DNA of 64,000 bases from Sulfurimonas sp. GTDB lineage: Bacteria; Campylobacterota; Campylobacteria; Campylobacterales; Sulfurimonadaceae. The position numbers were made by a program, and so were the translations under genes. The stretch is taken from the NCBI GenBank assembly GCA_027082875.1, contig JALWTK010000046.1, positions 4,677 to 68,676 of the forward strand, read 5' to 3'. The notes below the pieces were generated by a model. The model had not been told where the DNA came from and did no database searches. It worked only from the letters and a program-made list of their open reading frames with translations. Shown here one piece after another: positions 19,335 to 28,364 of this stretch; the first letter of the stretch is position 1; each line of letters opens with the position of its first letter.

Positions 19335-19842
19335 TGGTTTTTCTCTTACAAATGAGCAGGCTTTTTTTAGTGACTACATAAAAGAAGACGCTTATACAGT
19401 TGTAGGTTTTAGCTATGGGGCTATAAAAGCTTTAGAAGAAGTGCTACGACTAGTAGAAGAAGGTGAACGTGTAGATACTTTGCAACTTCTATCACCAGCC
19501 TTTTTTCAGACAAAAGAGGAGAAATTTCGACGTCTGCAGCTTCTGAGTTACAAGAAGAATGCAGCTCTTTATATGAAGCAGTTTCTAAGAGGGTGTTTTG
19601 CTCCTTTTGGTATGCAAAGTGTTGAAAATATTGAGACTAAGAGTGAAGAGCTAGAAGAGTTACTCTACTATGTTTGGAATGAAAAAGATTTTACTTTATT
19701 TGAGGAGAGTGGTGTTAAAGTAGAGATTTATCTCGGTGGTGAAGATAAAATTATAGACATTCAAAAAGCAAGAGAGTTCTTTAAAAATGTAGGAACACTC
19801 ACATATATAAAAAAAGCAAATCACTTTTTGCAGGTGTCTTGA
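19321..19842 (+). CDS. bioV: Pimeloyl-ACP methyl ester esterase, BioV type
   Basis: MKFFSGFSL, GFSYGA nucleophile elbow, D..I and terminal H; syntenic with the ftsH paralogue. Confidence 0.8.
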   Translation: MKFFSGFSLTNEQAFFSDYIKEDAYTVVGFSYGAIKALEEVLRLVEEGERVDTLQLLSPAFFQTKEEKFRRLQLLSYKKNAALYMKQFLRGCFAPFGMQSVENIETKSEELEELLYYVWNEKDFTLFEESGVKVEIYLGGEDKIIDIQKAREFFKNVGTLTYIKKANHFLQVS

Positions 19843-19847
19843 CACTA

Positions 19848-19939
19848 GGTCGTCTTTCACAGGGTAAGATTCCGAGGACAAATCCTCCCTTCTCTCACGA
19901 GCCTCTACATCTTACCCTGAGAAAGACTAGTTGCAGACC
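19848..19939 (+). promoter_or_regulatory. Long structured hairpin in the 5' region of mog (candidate cis-regulatory RNA or small RNA)
   Basis: GTCTTTC-A-CAGGGTAAGAT (19852-19870) pairs with ATCTTACCCTG-A-GAAAGAC (19909-19927); inner GAGGA/TCCTC hairpin; outer GGTC/GACC. Confidence 0.45.
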
Positions 19940-19986
19940 ACAACAAATTAAACTAAATTAATATAGGAACTAAGGAGTACAAAAAC

Positions 19987-20520
19987 ATGAGTGAAATAAA
20001 AATAGGTGTAATAACAGCAAGCGATAGAGCAAGTAAAGGTATCTATGAAGATATCAGCGGTGTAGCCATTCAAGATACTATGAAAGACTATTTAAAGAGT
20101 GAATTTGAGATAGTGTATAGATGTATTCCTGATGAGCAGGATATTCTCGAGGCTACTATGAAAGAGTTGTGTGATGAGGCAGGATGTTGTTTAGTTGTGA
20201 CAACAGGTGGAACAGGTCCAGCACTTCGTGATGTAACGCCTGAGGCTACTGAGAATGTATGTCAAAAAATGATGCCAGGTTTTGGTGAGTTGATGCGTCA
20301 GGTGAGTCTACAGTATGTACCAACAGCGATACTTTCCAGACAAACAGCAGGAATAAGAGGCAAATCTCTTATCATAAATCTACCAGGAAAACCGAAGTCT
20401 ATCCGTGAGTGTTTAGATGCAGTTTTCCCTGCTGTTCCTTACTGTATAGATCTTATAGAAGGGCCATTTATAGAGACAAATGAAGATGTACTTAAGGCTT
20501 TTAGACCTAAGTCTAAATAG
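19987..20520 (+). CDS. mog: Molybdopterin adenylyltransferase
   Basis: SDRAS.GIYED.SG, TTGGTGPA.RDVTPEAT, NLPGKPKSIRECL. Confidence 0.96.
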   Translation: MSEIKIGVITASDRASKGIYEDISGVAIQDTMKDYLKSEFEIVYRCIPDEQDILEATMKELCDEAGCCLVVTTGGTGPALRDVTPEATENVCQKMMPGFGELMRQVSLQYVPTAILSRQTAGIRGKSLIINLPGKPKSIRECLDAVFPAVPYCIDLIEGPFIETNEDVLKAFRPKSK

Positions 20521-21267
20521 TTAGGACTTAAGTTTATTCCATAATATACCTAGATATTCATGAATAGCTATTTTAGAATTTTTTAAAGAGCCAATAGTTG
20601 GGGCATACAAGTAACCTTCAACATCTTTTTTTAAAAAATGGGTTGGTGCTGGTATAGGATGCATTCTAAGAGATTTAAAAAGTCTCATAGCTCGAGGCAT
20701 ATGTGTTGCAGATGTCACTAAGATAAAATCTTTATCTCCTATGATAGTTTTTGAGAAAAGAGCTTCTTCTTGGGTATCTTTAGGTTGAGGATTTACTATC
20801 ATATCTTCTTGTTTCACCCCAAGTGCCAGTGCTAGATTCGCATGCATTTGTGCTGTAGCAATAGTAGTTTTACCTGCATACCCTGTAAAAATAAGTTTTG
20901 AATTAGGGATTTTTTTATGTATTAAAATTCCTTCTATCGTTCGTTTGATACTACATTCCGCCAGTTGTGAAGAGAGACTTTGATCTGGGTCATCAGTGTG
21001 TCCACAACCTAAAACATGAATATATTTGACTTGATGCGTATAGTCGTATTTAGGATAAGTGTTTTCTAGGTTTGAAACAAGATAGTTTGAAAACGGTAGA
21101 TAAGAGAAGAGAAGTAAGAGAGCAAAACTAAAAGATAAAAATAGTTTTACATAAGTCTCTTTTTTTGTATAGACAAAGTAAATTCCAAGAGCAAGAAGAG
21201 TTAGAACCATACCTAAAGGCTCTACGAAAAAAGTTATAAACTGCTTAAGTATAAATCCTATGTCCAT
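20521..21267 (-). CDS. YdcF/ElyC (DUF218) family protein
   Basis: LENTYP, IHVLG.G, DTQEEA, LVTSATHMPRAM, HEYLG. Confidence 0.88.
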   Translation of the reverse strand: MDIGFILKQFITFFVEPLGMVLTLLALGIYFVYTKKETYVKLFLSFSFALLLLFSYLPFSNYLVSNLENTYPKYDYTHQVKYIHVLGCGHTDDPDQSLSSQLAECSIKRTIEGILIHKKIPNSKLIFTGYAGKTTIATAQMHANLALALGVKQEDMIVNPQPKDTQEEALFSKTIIGDKDFILVTSATHMPRAMRLFKSLRMHPIPAPTHFLKKDVEGYLYAPTIGSLKNSKIAIHEYLGILWNKLKS

Positions 21268-21408
21268 TCTAAAAGTGCCTTTATATTTTTAACTTTCATT
21301 TGTATTATCGTACTGATAAACAACACCAGCTTCATATGAGCATCATACTCCAAAAGGAACGATACAGGAGTATATCTATTTTGTACTTGAAAGGGTGTAG
21401 TAATATTA

Positions 21409-22185
21409 CTACAAACTTAGTCGTATACCGACTGGGCAGTGATCGCTGCCTGTGATGTAGTCAAGTATAAAAGCATCTTCAAGGTTTTCAGCCAAATCTT
21501 CACTTATAAAAAAGTAATCAATTCTCCAGCCGACATTGTTAAGCCTTGCGTTGGAGCGGTAAGACCACCAGCTATATCTATCTGGCTCATCACCATTGAC
21601 ATAGCGAAAGGTGTCTATATAGCCATGCTCTAAGAGTTTATCTATCCACTCTCTCTCAATAGGTAAAAATCCAGACTTTTTAGAGTTAGCCTTTGGATTT
21701 TTAAGATCCATCTCTTTATGTGCAGTATTGACATCACCACAGATAACTATACTTTTCCCCTCTTTTCGTAACTTTTCACAGTGAGTAAGAAGATCATCGT
21801 AAAACTTCATCTTATACTCAAGACGCTCATCATTTTTTTGACCATTTGGAAAGTAGATATTAAAGAGGACAATGTCATCGTAGTGTGTCTCAACTATACG
21901 ACCCTCGTGCATAGTGTCTATATGATTATCTGTAGAAGTGTAGTCACTTTTAAGCATAGAGAAGGTAGCTGTTCCGCTATAGCCCTTTTTCTCTGCTGAG
22001 TTGACATCTAACTCCGTATATTTTTTTTCAAAAAGTTCCTCTGGTATCTGCTGGGGAAGTGCTTTTATCTCTTGAAGACAGAGTATGTCCGTATCACGTT
22101 CATCTATCCATTTCAGTGCTTCTTTTGTGGCTACTGCTCGTATACCATTAACATTCCACGAGATTATTTCTATTGAGTCTGACAT
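21409..22185 (-). CDS. xth: Exodeoxyribonuclease III / AP endonuclease
   Basis: SWNVNGIRA, LCLQEIK, YFPNG, GDVNTAH, GWRIDYF, GSDHCP. Confidence 0.95.
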   Translation of the reverse strand: MSDSIEIISWNVNGIRAVATKEALKWIDERDTDILCLQEIKALPQQIPEELFEKKYTELDVNSAEKKGYSGTATFSMLKSDYTSTDNHIDTMHEGRIVETHYDDIVLFNIYFPNGQKNDERLEYKMKFYDDLLTHCEKLRKEGKSIVICGDVNTAHKEMDLKNPKANSKKSGFLPIEREWIDKLLEHGYIDTFRYVNGDEPDRYSWWSYRSNARLNNVGWRIDYFFISEDLAENLEDAFILDYITGSDHCPVGIRLSL

Positions 22186-22664
22186 TAGTTATTCTCACCT
22201 AAAATATCCATTTTTGCTTTGAGTTCGGACATTTTATTGATGTTTTCTAAGGAAAGAGCTATAGCATCACTAAATCTAGAAGCATAGATCTCTTTATATT
22301 CTTTATCATATGATTGAATAATACTTGCATATGTCTGTATGAAGTTCTGTATTTCATCTACTGTTTGAAAAGTGATTTTTTTACTTTTTGCTATTAGAAG
22401 TACTAGGTCAAATGCCTTTTTCTTTTTACTATCCATATCACTCTCTTGTATATAGAGTGCTTGGGTATTCGCATTTGGTGTTACTAGCCTTTGCATCACT
22501 CCAAGAAGTCCATCTTCATTAAGTGGAAGGTTTTCTATTCTATTATTAACATAAGATTTCATTTCAGTGAGGTTCATAGTAGAGATTTTATCTAGCAGTT
22601 GTGCTTTTTCTTGATCTTCTTGAGATGTAGTCTCTTGTTTTTTCCCTAAAATTTTACTAAACAT
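22185..22664 (-). CDS. Hypothetical protein
   Basis: 159-aa ORF, 1-nt overlap with xth start, genome-like codon use. Confidence 0.7.
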   Translation of the reverse strand: MFSKILGKKQETTSQEDQEKAQLLDKISTMNLTEMKSYVNNRIENLPLNEDGLLGVMQRLVTPNANTQALYIQESDMDSKKKKAFDLVLLIAKSKKITFQTVDEIQNFIQTYASIIQSYDKEYKEIYASRFSDAIALSLENINKMSELKAKMDILGENN

Positions 22665-22810
22665 ATTTATACCTACTATAATTATTTTTATCTATTATAC
22701 TTAGTTCTATTTTAAGGTTTTCTTGATGAGTAGGTATATTTTGATATATAGAAGATTTTAAATAAGCTAAAGAAAAAAAAGTTATAATCGATTTGGAGAA
22801 ATTTTAATAT

Positions 22811-25800
22811 ATGAAAAGTGAAAAACAACGTAATTATAACCAACTTGTAGCTGATGAATCAATAGAAGACTACTCTTTAAGATATGCACCTAAATCTTTT
22901 AGGAAATGGTCAGAATTTACTATCGCAAATACTGCTATTGGAAGTATCTCGTTTTTGGCTTTAGAAGCTATTGGTGCATCTATCGCCTTTCATTATGGTT
23001 TTAGCACAGCTTTTTGGGCTATCTTAACAGCTTCACTTATCATTTTTATAACAGCTATCCCTATTAGCTATCATGCTGCAAGATATAATATTGATATAGA
23101 TTTGATTACTAGAAGTGCTGGATTTGGTTATGTTGGTTCAACTTTCACATCTCTTATCTATGCCTCTTTTAGTTTTATCTTTTTTGCCCTTGAAGCTGCC
23201 ATTATGTCTCAAGCTCTTGAGATATATTTCTCTATTCCTCTAAGTATAGGGTATCTACTGAGTTCCTTTATTATTTTACCCATAGTCTTTTATGGGTTTA
23301 CTCTTATTCATAAGTTGCAGATGTTCACACAGCCTATTTGGCTCATCATGATGGTAGCCCCATATATAGCGATTTTATATAAAGAGCCTCAAGCGATAGA
23401 AGTTTTCACTTCCTTTAGCGGAGATATATCAGGTGATAGTAGTTTTAACTTGTACTATTTTGGAACCGCTCTCGGCATATCTCTTTCACTTATTGCTCAG
23501 ATAGGAGAGCAGGTCGATTATCTAAGATTTATGCCTCCACTGACAAAGCAAAATAGAATTAAATGGTGGGTAAGTTTGCTGAGTGCTGGTCCAGGATGGA
23601 TTATCATAGGTTTTTTAAAGCAGATTGGAGGTATTTTTTTAGCCTCTATCGCACTTTTAGGAGGCTACTCTATTGCTGAAGCTAAAACACCTATTGAGAT
23701 GTATCATATTGGCTATACTTATATTTTAGATAATCCTGCTTTAGCATTAACTGCAGCGACTCTTTTTGTACTAATTTCTCAGATAAAGATTAATGTCACT
23801 AATGCCTATGCTGGTAGTCTTGCTTGGTCAAATTTCTTCTCTCGTGTAACACATTCTCATCCTGGTCGTGTTGTTTGGATGCTTTTTAATATTGGCATCG
23901 CTTTAGCACTTATGGAGCTTGGAGTATTTGATGTACTAGATAAAGTTTTAGGGCTTTACTCTAATGTCGCCATCGCTTGGATAGGGACGATATTTGCTGA
24001 CTTGGTTATAAACAAACCCTTAGGACTTGCACCAAAGGTAGTAGAGTTTAAAAGAGCTTATCTTTATAATGTAAATCCAGTTGGTGTAGGAAGTATGGGC
24101 ATAGCTTCTGGTGTGGCGATTATTGCTTTTATGGGCTATTTAGGTGATTGGGCTCAAAGTTATTCAGCAATAATAGCTATGCTTTTAGCCATTATACTCT
24201 CTCCTCTTATAGCTTATATCACAAAGGGTAAATATTACATAGCCAGAGAGAATGAAAATATAAATTCTGGGAATGCACATCAAAACTGTAAAATTTGTAA
24301 TCATGATTATGAGATAGAGGATATGGCATATTGTCCTTTTCATGATTGTCATATCTGCTCACTCTGCTGTTCCTTAGACGCACTTTGCCATGATAGTTGT
24401 AAAAAAAAGACTGAAAAAACCTTAATAGAGAAGGGTGCTCTATTTCTGAATGAAAAAGTACAAGGGATGCTTTCCTTTCAAACAAATGTAAAGATAATCA
24501 ATTTTTTTCTTATTGCATTAGGTCTGTTTTTCTTAATATGGGTTACGGGATGGATGACATACTCTATTGAACTAGAGAATATTCCTGCACAGAGTCGAGA
24601 TATTTTTCGTCAATCTATTGAAAATTACTCAATTATTTTAGGGCTTATTACAACTGCCATTACATTTTGGATTATTCTTATTCTTGATAGTAAACAGAGA
24701 GCTGAAGAGGAACTAGAACATAGAAATGAAACATTTGAAGCGATCTATACAAATAGTAAAGAGGCTATAGCAATACTTGATATGGACTCAAACTTCTTAG
24801 ACACAAATCCTGCATATACAGAACTTACAGGAATGAGTAGAGAAGAACTTTTGTCAACTTCTTGTCTAAAGTTAACAGCTCCTAAAGATAAAGAACAGTC
24901 CAGAAGAGCAATCCAAGAAGTTGTAAGAGTTGGCTATATTAAAAACCTAGAGAAAGGGTGCCTCATAAAAGATAATAAAGTCGTTACTGTTAATATGTCT
25001 ATGGCACTTTTGAGTAATCCCGAGCGAATTCTTATTAGCTTAAGAGATGTCACAGAGTATAAAAAGATACAGAAAAGACTTCAAGATGAGAAAAATCATT
25101 TAAATATGTTTTACAATAATAGTGCTATTGGTATTTTACTTGTTGACAAAAATAGAACAACGATTGAAGTAAATGATAAACTATTATCCTTGTGGGGCTA
25201 CTCTAAAGAGGAAGTTATAGGTAAAAATGCAGAAATCTTTCACAAATCACATGAACACTATATAGAGTTTGGGCAAAAAGCATTTCGAGAAGCTTTATCT
25301 GACAATAAAATAGATATAGAATATCAATTTAAGAGAAAAGATGGGTCTCTTTTTTGGAGTAGATTTTTTGGTGAAATATTTGGTGATAGCAATGTGTTAT
25401 GGCTTATTACAGATATTGATGAACTCAAACAGAAAGAAAAAGCCTTAAAAAAAGCAAAACTAAAAGCCGAAGAGAGTACAAAACTTAAGTCAGAATTTCT
25501 AGCTAATATGTCTCATGAAATCAGAACACCAATGAATGGAATAGTAGGTATGACCTATCTGGCACTTCAAGATAACAGTATCAATGATAAACAGAAAAAG
25601 TATTTAAGCAATATAGACAATAGTGCTCATAATCTTCTTACTATTATAAATGATATACTAGACTTTTCTAAAATAGAAGCTGGAAAACTAAGTATGGAAA
25701 AGCTTGATTTTGATATTTGCGAAGTGAAAGAAAATATTAAAAACCTTGTAGAGTTCAAAGCTCAGGAGAAAGGTTTACAATTTAATATTTCATGTACATA

Positions 25801-27187
25801 TACAAATGACAACTCCATACTCTTTGGTGATCCAACGAGAATTTTTCAAGTACTTATAAACCTTGTAAATAATGCTATAAAATTTACACACGAAGGAAGT
25901 GTTGTTTTAAAAATAGAAACACAAGAGAATGGTATTGCAAGATTTGAAGTCAAAGATACAGGAATAGGTTTATCTCAAGAAGAACAAAATCAACTCTTTG
26001 TAGCCTTTATGCAAGCAGATGGAAGTATTACACGTAAATATGGAGGTACAGGACTTGGTCTCTCTATCTCTAAACAACTTGTAGAGCTATTAGGTGGGCA
26101 TATTTGGGTAGAGAGTGAAGTAGATGTTGGAAGTAGCTTTATATTTGAGATACCGCTTCTAGCAGGTGATCCTTCTAAGGTTATAAAAGAGAGTGCATCG
26201 AGTGAGGCACAAGACATAGCAACACTACAGGGAAGTAGCATTCTTCTCGTAGAAGATAACACTCTCAATCAAGAGATAATAGTAGGACTACTAGAGCAGG
26301 CTAAGATAGATATAGAGATAGCTAACAATGGAGAAGAAGCTGTAAATATGTTTAAAGAACGTGCTCACAAATATGAACTTATACTTATGGATTTACAGAT
26401 GCCAATAATGGATGGTTATGAGGCGACAAAAATCATAAGAAAAATAGACAAAAATATACCAATCATAGCACTCACAGCAAATGCCATGAGTGAAGATATT
26501 GAGCAGACAAAAGCTATTGGTATGCAAGAACATCTCAGTAAGCCGATAGAAGTAGAAAAACTCTTTGCGACTCTTTTAAAATATATCTCTAAAAAAGTCG
26601 ATACCACTGCACTAAAGCTAGAAGAGAATATAACTGAAAGTTTAGCAATACCAAAATTTAAACATATAGATACTCAACGAGGCTTATCTCTGATGGCAGG
26701 AAACAGTAAACTCTACCTTAAAATACTCAATGATTTTTACCATAATTACAAAGATATACGACTTGAAGAACTGGATGATCAAGAGTTGGAGAGAGTCGCA
26801 CATACTATTAAAGGCTTGAGTGCAAATATAGGAGCACTTTCTTTAAGTGAAATAGCTAAAGAGATAGAGATAAGTAAGGATAGAAGATTATTCAACAAAT
26901 TATATAAAGAATTAAATGTTATAATAAGTGACTTAGATATTTTAGAAGAGGATAAAAAGAGTAGTAGCAAAAAGCTGGTATTATTAGAAAATGATAAAAG
27001 AGATGAACTTTTTAATGCTCTACGAGAGGTCGTAGCTTCGCAGAGGATGAAAAGGATCCAACTTGTTATAGCTGAGATAAAAAATTATTCTCTCTCTCAA
27101 GAGGATGAAGAGTCTTTAGAGAGTCTTGAAGAGTTGATATACCAGAGAAAATATAGAGATGCATTGGAGTTCTTAAGTGAAAAATAA
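22811..27187 (+). CDS. Unorthodox hybrid sensor kinase: NCS1/cytosine-permease-like TM domain, Cys cluster, 2 PAS, HisKA, HATPase, REC, HPt
   Basis: ~480-aa multi-TM N-terminus (NAYAGSLAWSN); ANMSHEIRTPMNG (H902); GTGLGLSISK; LILMDLQMP; AHTIKGLSANIG (H1331). Confidence 0.88.
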   Translation: MKSEKQRNYNQLVADESIEDYSLRYAPKSFRKWSEFTIANTAIGSISFLALEAIGASIAFHYGFSTAFWAILTASLIIFITAIPISYHAARYNIDIDLITRSAGFGYVGSTFTSLIYASFSFIFFALEAAIMSQALEIYFSIPLSIGYLLSSFIILPIVFYGFTLIHKLQMFTQPIWLIMMVAPYIAILYKEPQAIEVFTSFSGDISGDSSFNLYYFGTALGISLSLIAQIGEQVDYLRFMPPLTKQNRIKWWVSLLSAGPGWIIIGFLKQIGGIFLASIALLGGYSIAEAKTPIEMYHIGYTYILDNPALALTAATLFVLISQIKINVTNAYAGSLAWSNFFSRVTHSHPGRVVWMLFNIGIALALMELGVFDVLDKVLGLYSNVAIAWIGTIFADLVINKPLGLAPKVVEFKRAYLYNVNPVGVGSMGIASGVAIIAFMGYLGDWAQSYSAIIAMLLAIILSPLIAYITKGKYYIARENENINSGNAHQNCKICNHDYEIEDMAYCPFHDCHICSLCCSLDALCHDSCKKKTEKTLIEKGALFLNEKVQGMLSFQTNVKIINFFLIALGLFFLIWVTGWMTYSIELENIPAQSRDIFRQSIENYSIILGLITTAITFWIILILDSKQRAEEELEHRNETFEAIYTNSKEAIAILDMDSNFLDTNPAYTELTGMSREELLSTSCLKLTAPKDKEQSRRAIQEVVRVGYIKNLEKGCLIKDNKVVTVNMSMALLSNPERILISLRDVTEYKKIQKRLQDEKNHLNMFYNNSAIGILLVDKNRTTIEVNDKLLSLWGYSKEEVIGKNAEIFHKSHEHYIEFGQKAFREALSDNKIDIEYQFKRKDGSLFWSRFFGEIFGDSNVLWLITDIDELKQKEKALKKAKLKAEESTKLKSEFLANMSHEIRTPMNGIVGMTYLALQDNSINDKQKKYLSNIDNSAHNLLTIINDILDFSKIEAGKLSMEKLDFDICEVKENIKNLVEFKAQEKGLQFNISCTYTNDNSILFGDPTRIFQVLINLVNNAIKFTHEGSVVLKIETQENGIARFEVKDTGIGLSQEEQNQLFVAFMQADGSITRKYGGTGLGLSISKQLVELLGGHIWVESEVDVGSSFIFEIPLLAGDPSKVIKESASSEAQDIATLQGSSILLVEDNTLNQEIIVGLLEQAKIDIEIANNGEEAVNMFKERAHKYELILMDLQMPIMDGYEATKIIRKIDKNIPIIALTANAMSEDIEQTKAIGMQEHLSKPIEVEKLFATLLKYISKKVDTTALKLEENITESLAIPKFKHIDTQRGLSLMAGNSKLYLKILNDFYHNYKDIRLEELDDQELERVAHTIKGLSANIGALSLSEIAKEIEISKDRRLFNKLYKELNVIISDLDILEEDKKSSSKKLVLLENDKRDELFNALREVVASQRMKRIQLVIAEIKNYSLSQEDEESLESLEELIYQRKYRDALEFLSEK

Positions 27188-28364
27188 AAATATATTAGCT
27201 GTAGATGATGTAGCATCAAACCTTGATATCATCGTTGATTTTTTAGAGGGTTATGATGTTATAGACACAACTGATGGTTACAATGCACTTGAAATTGCTC
27301 AAACAGAGCAACTCGATCTCATCCTTTTAGATATAGTAATGCCTCAAATAGATGGCTTTGAAGTTTGTAAAAGGCTTAAGGAAAATTCTCAAACAAAAGA
27401 TATTCCTATTATATTTATCACCAGTAAGTCCGATGCAGAGAGTATTGAGAAAGCTTATGCTCTTGGTGGTGTTGATTATGTCAGTAAACCTTTTAGAAAG
27501 CAAGAGCTATTAGCAAGAGTTACCACACATATTTCCCATAAAGAGTTGTTAGATAAGCAGATAAAGAATGCTCACGAGTTAGAGAGAATGGTTAAAGAAG
27601 AAGTTTTAAAGAATAAAGTGCAACAGAGACAAATTTTTGTACAGTCTCGCCTTGCTCAAATGGGAGAGATGATAAGTATGATAGCACACCAATGGAGGCA
27701 ACCACTTGGTGCGATTTCTGCTACATCTGCAAATCTGAAATTAAAACTAGAGTTAGATATCTTTCACTTTCAGAGCGATATAGAGGGTGCAGGGGCAAAA
27801 AAGTATTTTATCGATAAACTAGAAGATATAGAAAAATTTGTTCAGAGTTTAACAGAAACTATAGATGATTTTAGAAATTTTTATAAACCAAATAAAGAGT
27901 CTCAAAAAGTTACTATAGGAGTCCCTTTTGAAAAAGCTCTTGCAATCGTTCATGCCTCTTTTGAAGTAATAGGCATAAAGGTAATAAAAGAGCACAAAAG
28001 TGAAAAAATTATTGAACTTTATGAAAATGAGATGATGCAAGTAATCTTAAATATTTTAAAAAATGCACAAGATAATTTTATAGAGAAAAAGATAAAAAAT
28101 CCAGAAATTCATTTACGATGTGAAGATAAGGATGAAGGATTAATCATTTATATATCTGATAATGGCGGGGGCATTCCTAGCGATGATATAGAAAATATAT
28201 TTGATCCCTACTTCTCAACAAAGAGTAATAAAAATGGAAGTGGCTTAGGACTATACATGTCTAAAATGATTATTGAAGAGCATCATAATGGTACACTCTC
28301 TGTAACTAATACAGATAATGGGGCATGTTTTAAAATTGAATTGGGGGGGGTAAATCATGCTTAA
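27177..28364 (+). CDS. REC-histidine kinase hybrid protein
   Basis: LILLDIVMPQIDG receiver; MIAHQWRQPL H-box; GSGLGLYMSK; GTG start overlapping upstream gene. Confidence 0.88.
   Translation: MKNKNILAVDDVASNLDIIVDFLEGYDVIDTTDGYNALEIAQTEQLDLILLDIVMPQIDGFEVCKRLKENSQTKDIPIIFITSKSDAESIEKAYALGGVDYVSKPFRKQELLARVTTHISHKELLDKQIKNAHELERMVKEEVLKNKVQQRQIFVQSRLAQMGEMISMIAHQWRQPLGAISATSANLKLKLELDIFHFQSDIEGAGAKKYFIDKLEDIEKFVQSLTETIDDFRNFYKPNKESQKVTIGVPFEKALAIVHASFEVIGIKVIKEHKSEKIIELYENEMMQVILNILKNAQDNFIEKKIKNPEIHLRCEDKDEGLIIYISDNGGGIPSDDIENIFDPYFSTKSNKNGSGLGLYMSKMIIEEHHNGTLSVTNTDNGACFKIELGGVNHA

Noticed and set aside
19696-19881. 61-aa antisense ORF with GGAGG inside the mog hairpin (type I toxin-like?)
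   Set aside because: The SD is only 2 nt from the TTG, the ORF overlaps bioV antisense, and there is no clean TM helix.
19848-19939. SRP RNA, 6S RNA or tRNA identity for the long hairpin
   Set aside because: It lacks the SRP domain IV motif and a cloverleaf, and is about half the length of 6S RNA.
21268-21408. Possible small ORF or gene remnant between xth and the DUF218 gene
   Set aside because: Only ORFs of 25 aa or less with a start codon; no recognisable homology.
21396-21413. Perfect 18-bp palindrome TGTAGTAATATTACTACA over the xth stop codon
   Set aside because: Single copy, AT-rich, no loop or U-tail; no function can be supported.
22668-22738. 10-bp inverted repeat (TATACCTACT/AGTAGGTATA) flanking a promoter segment, a possible invertible promoter
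   Set aside because: No recombinase in the window, -10-like boxes face both ways, and a 10-bp IR is plausible by chance in AT-rich DNA.
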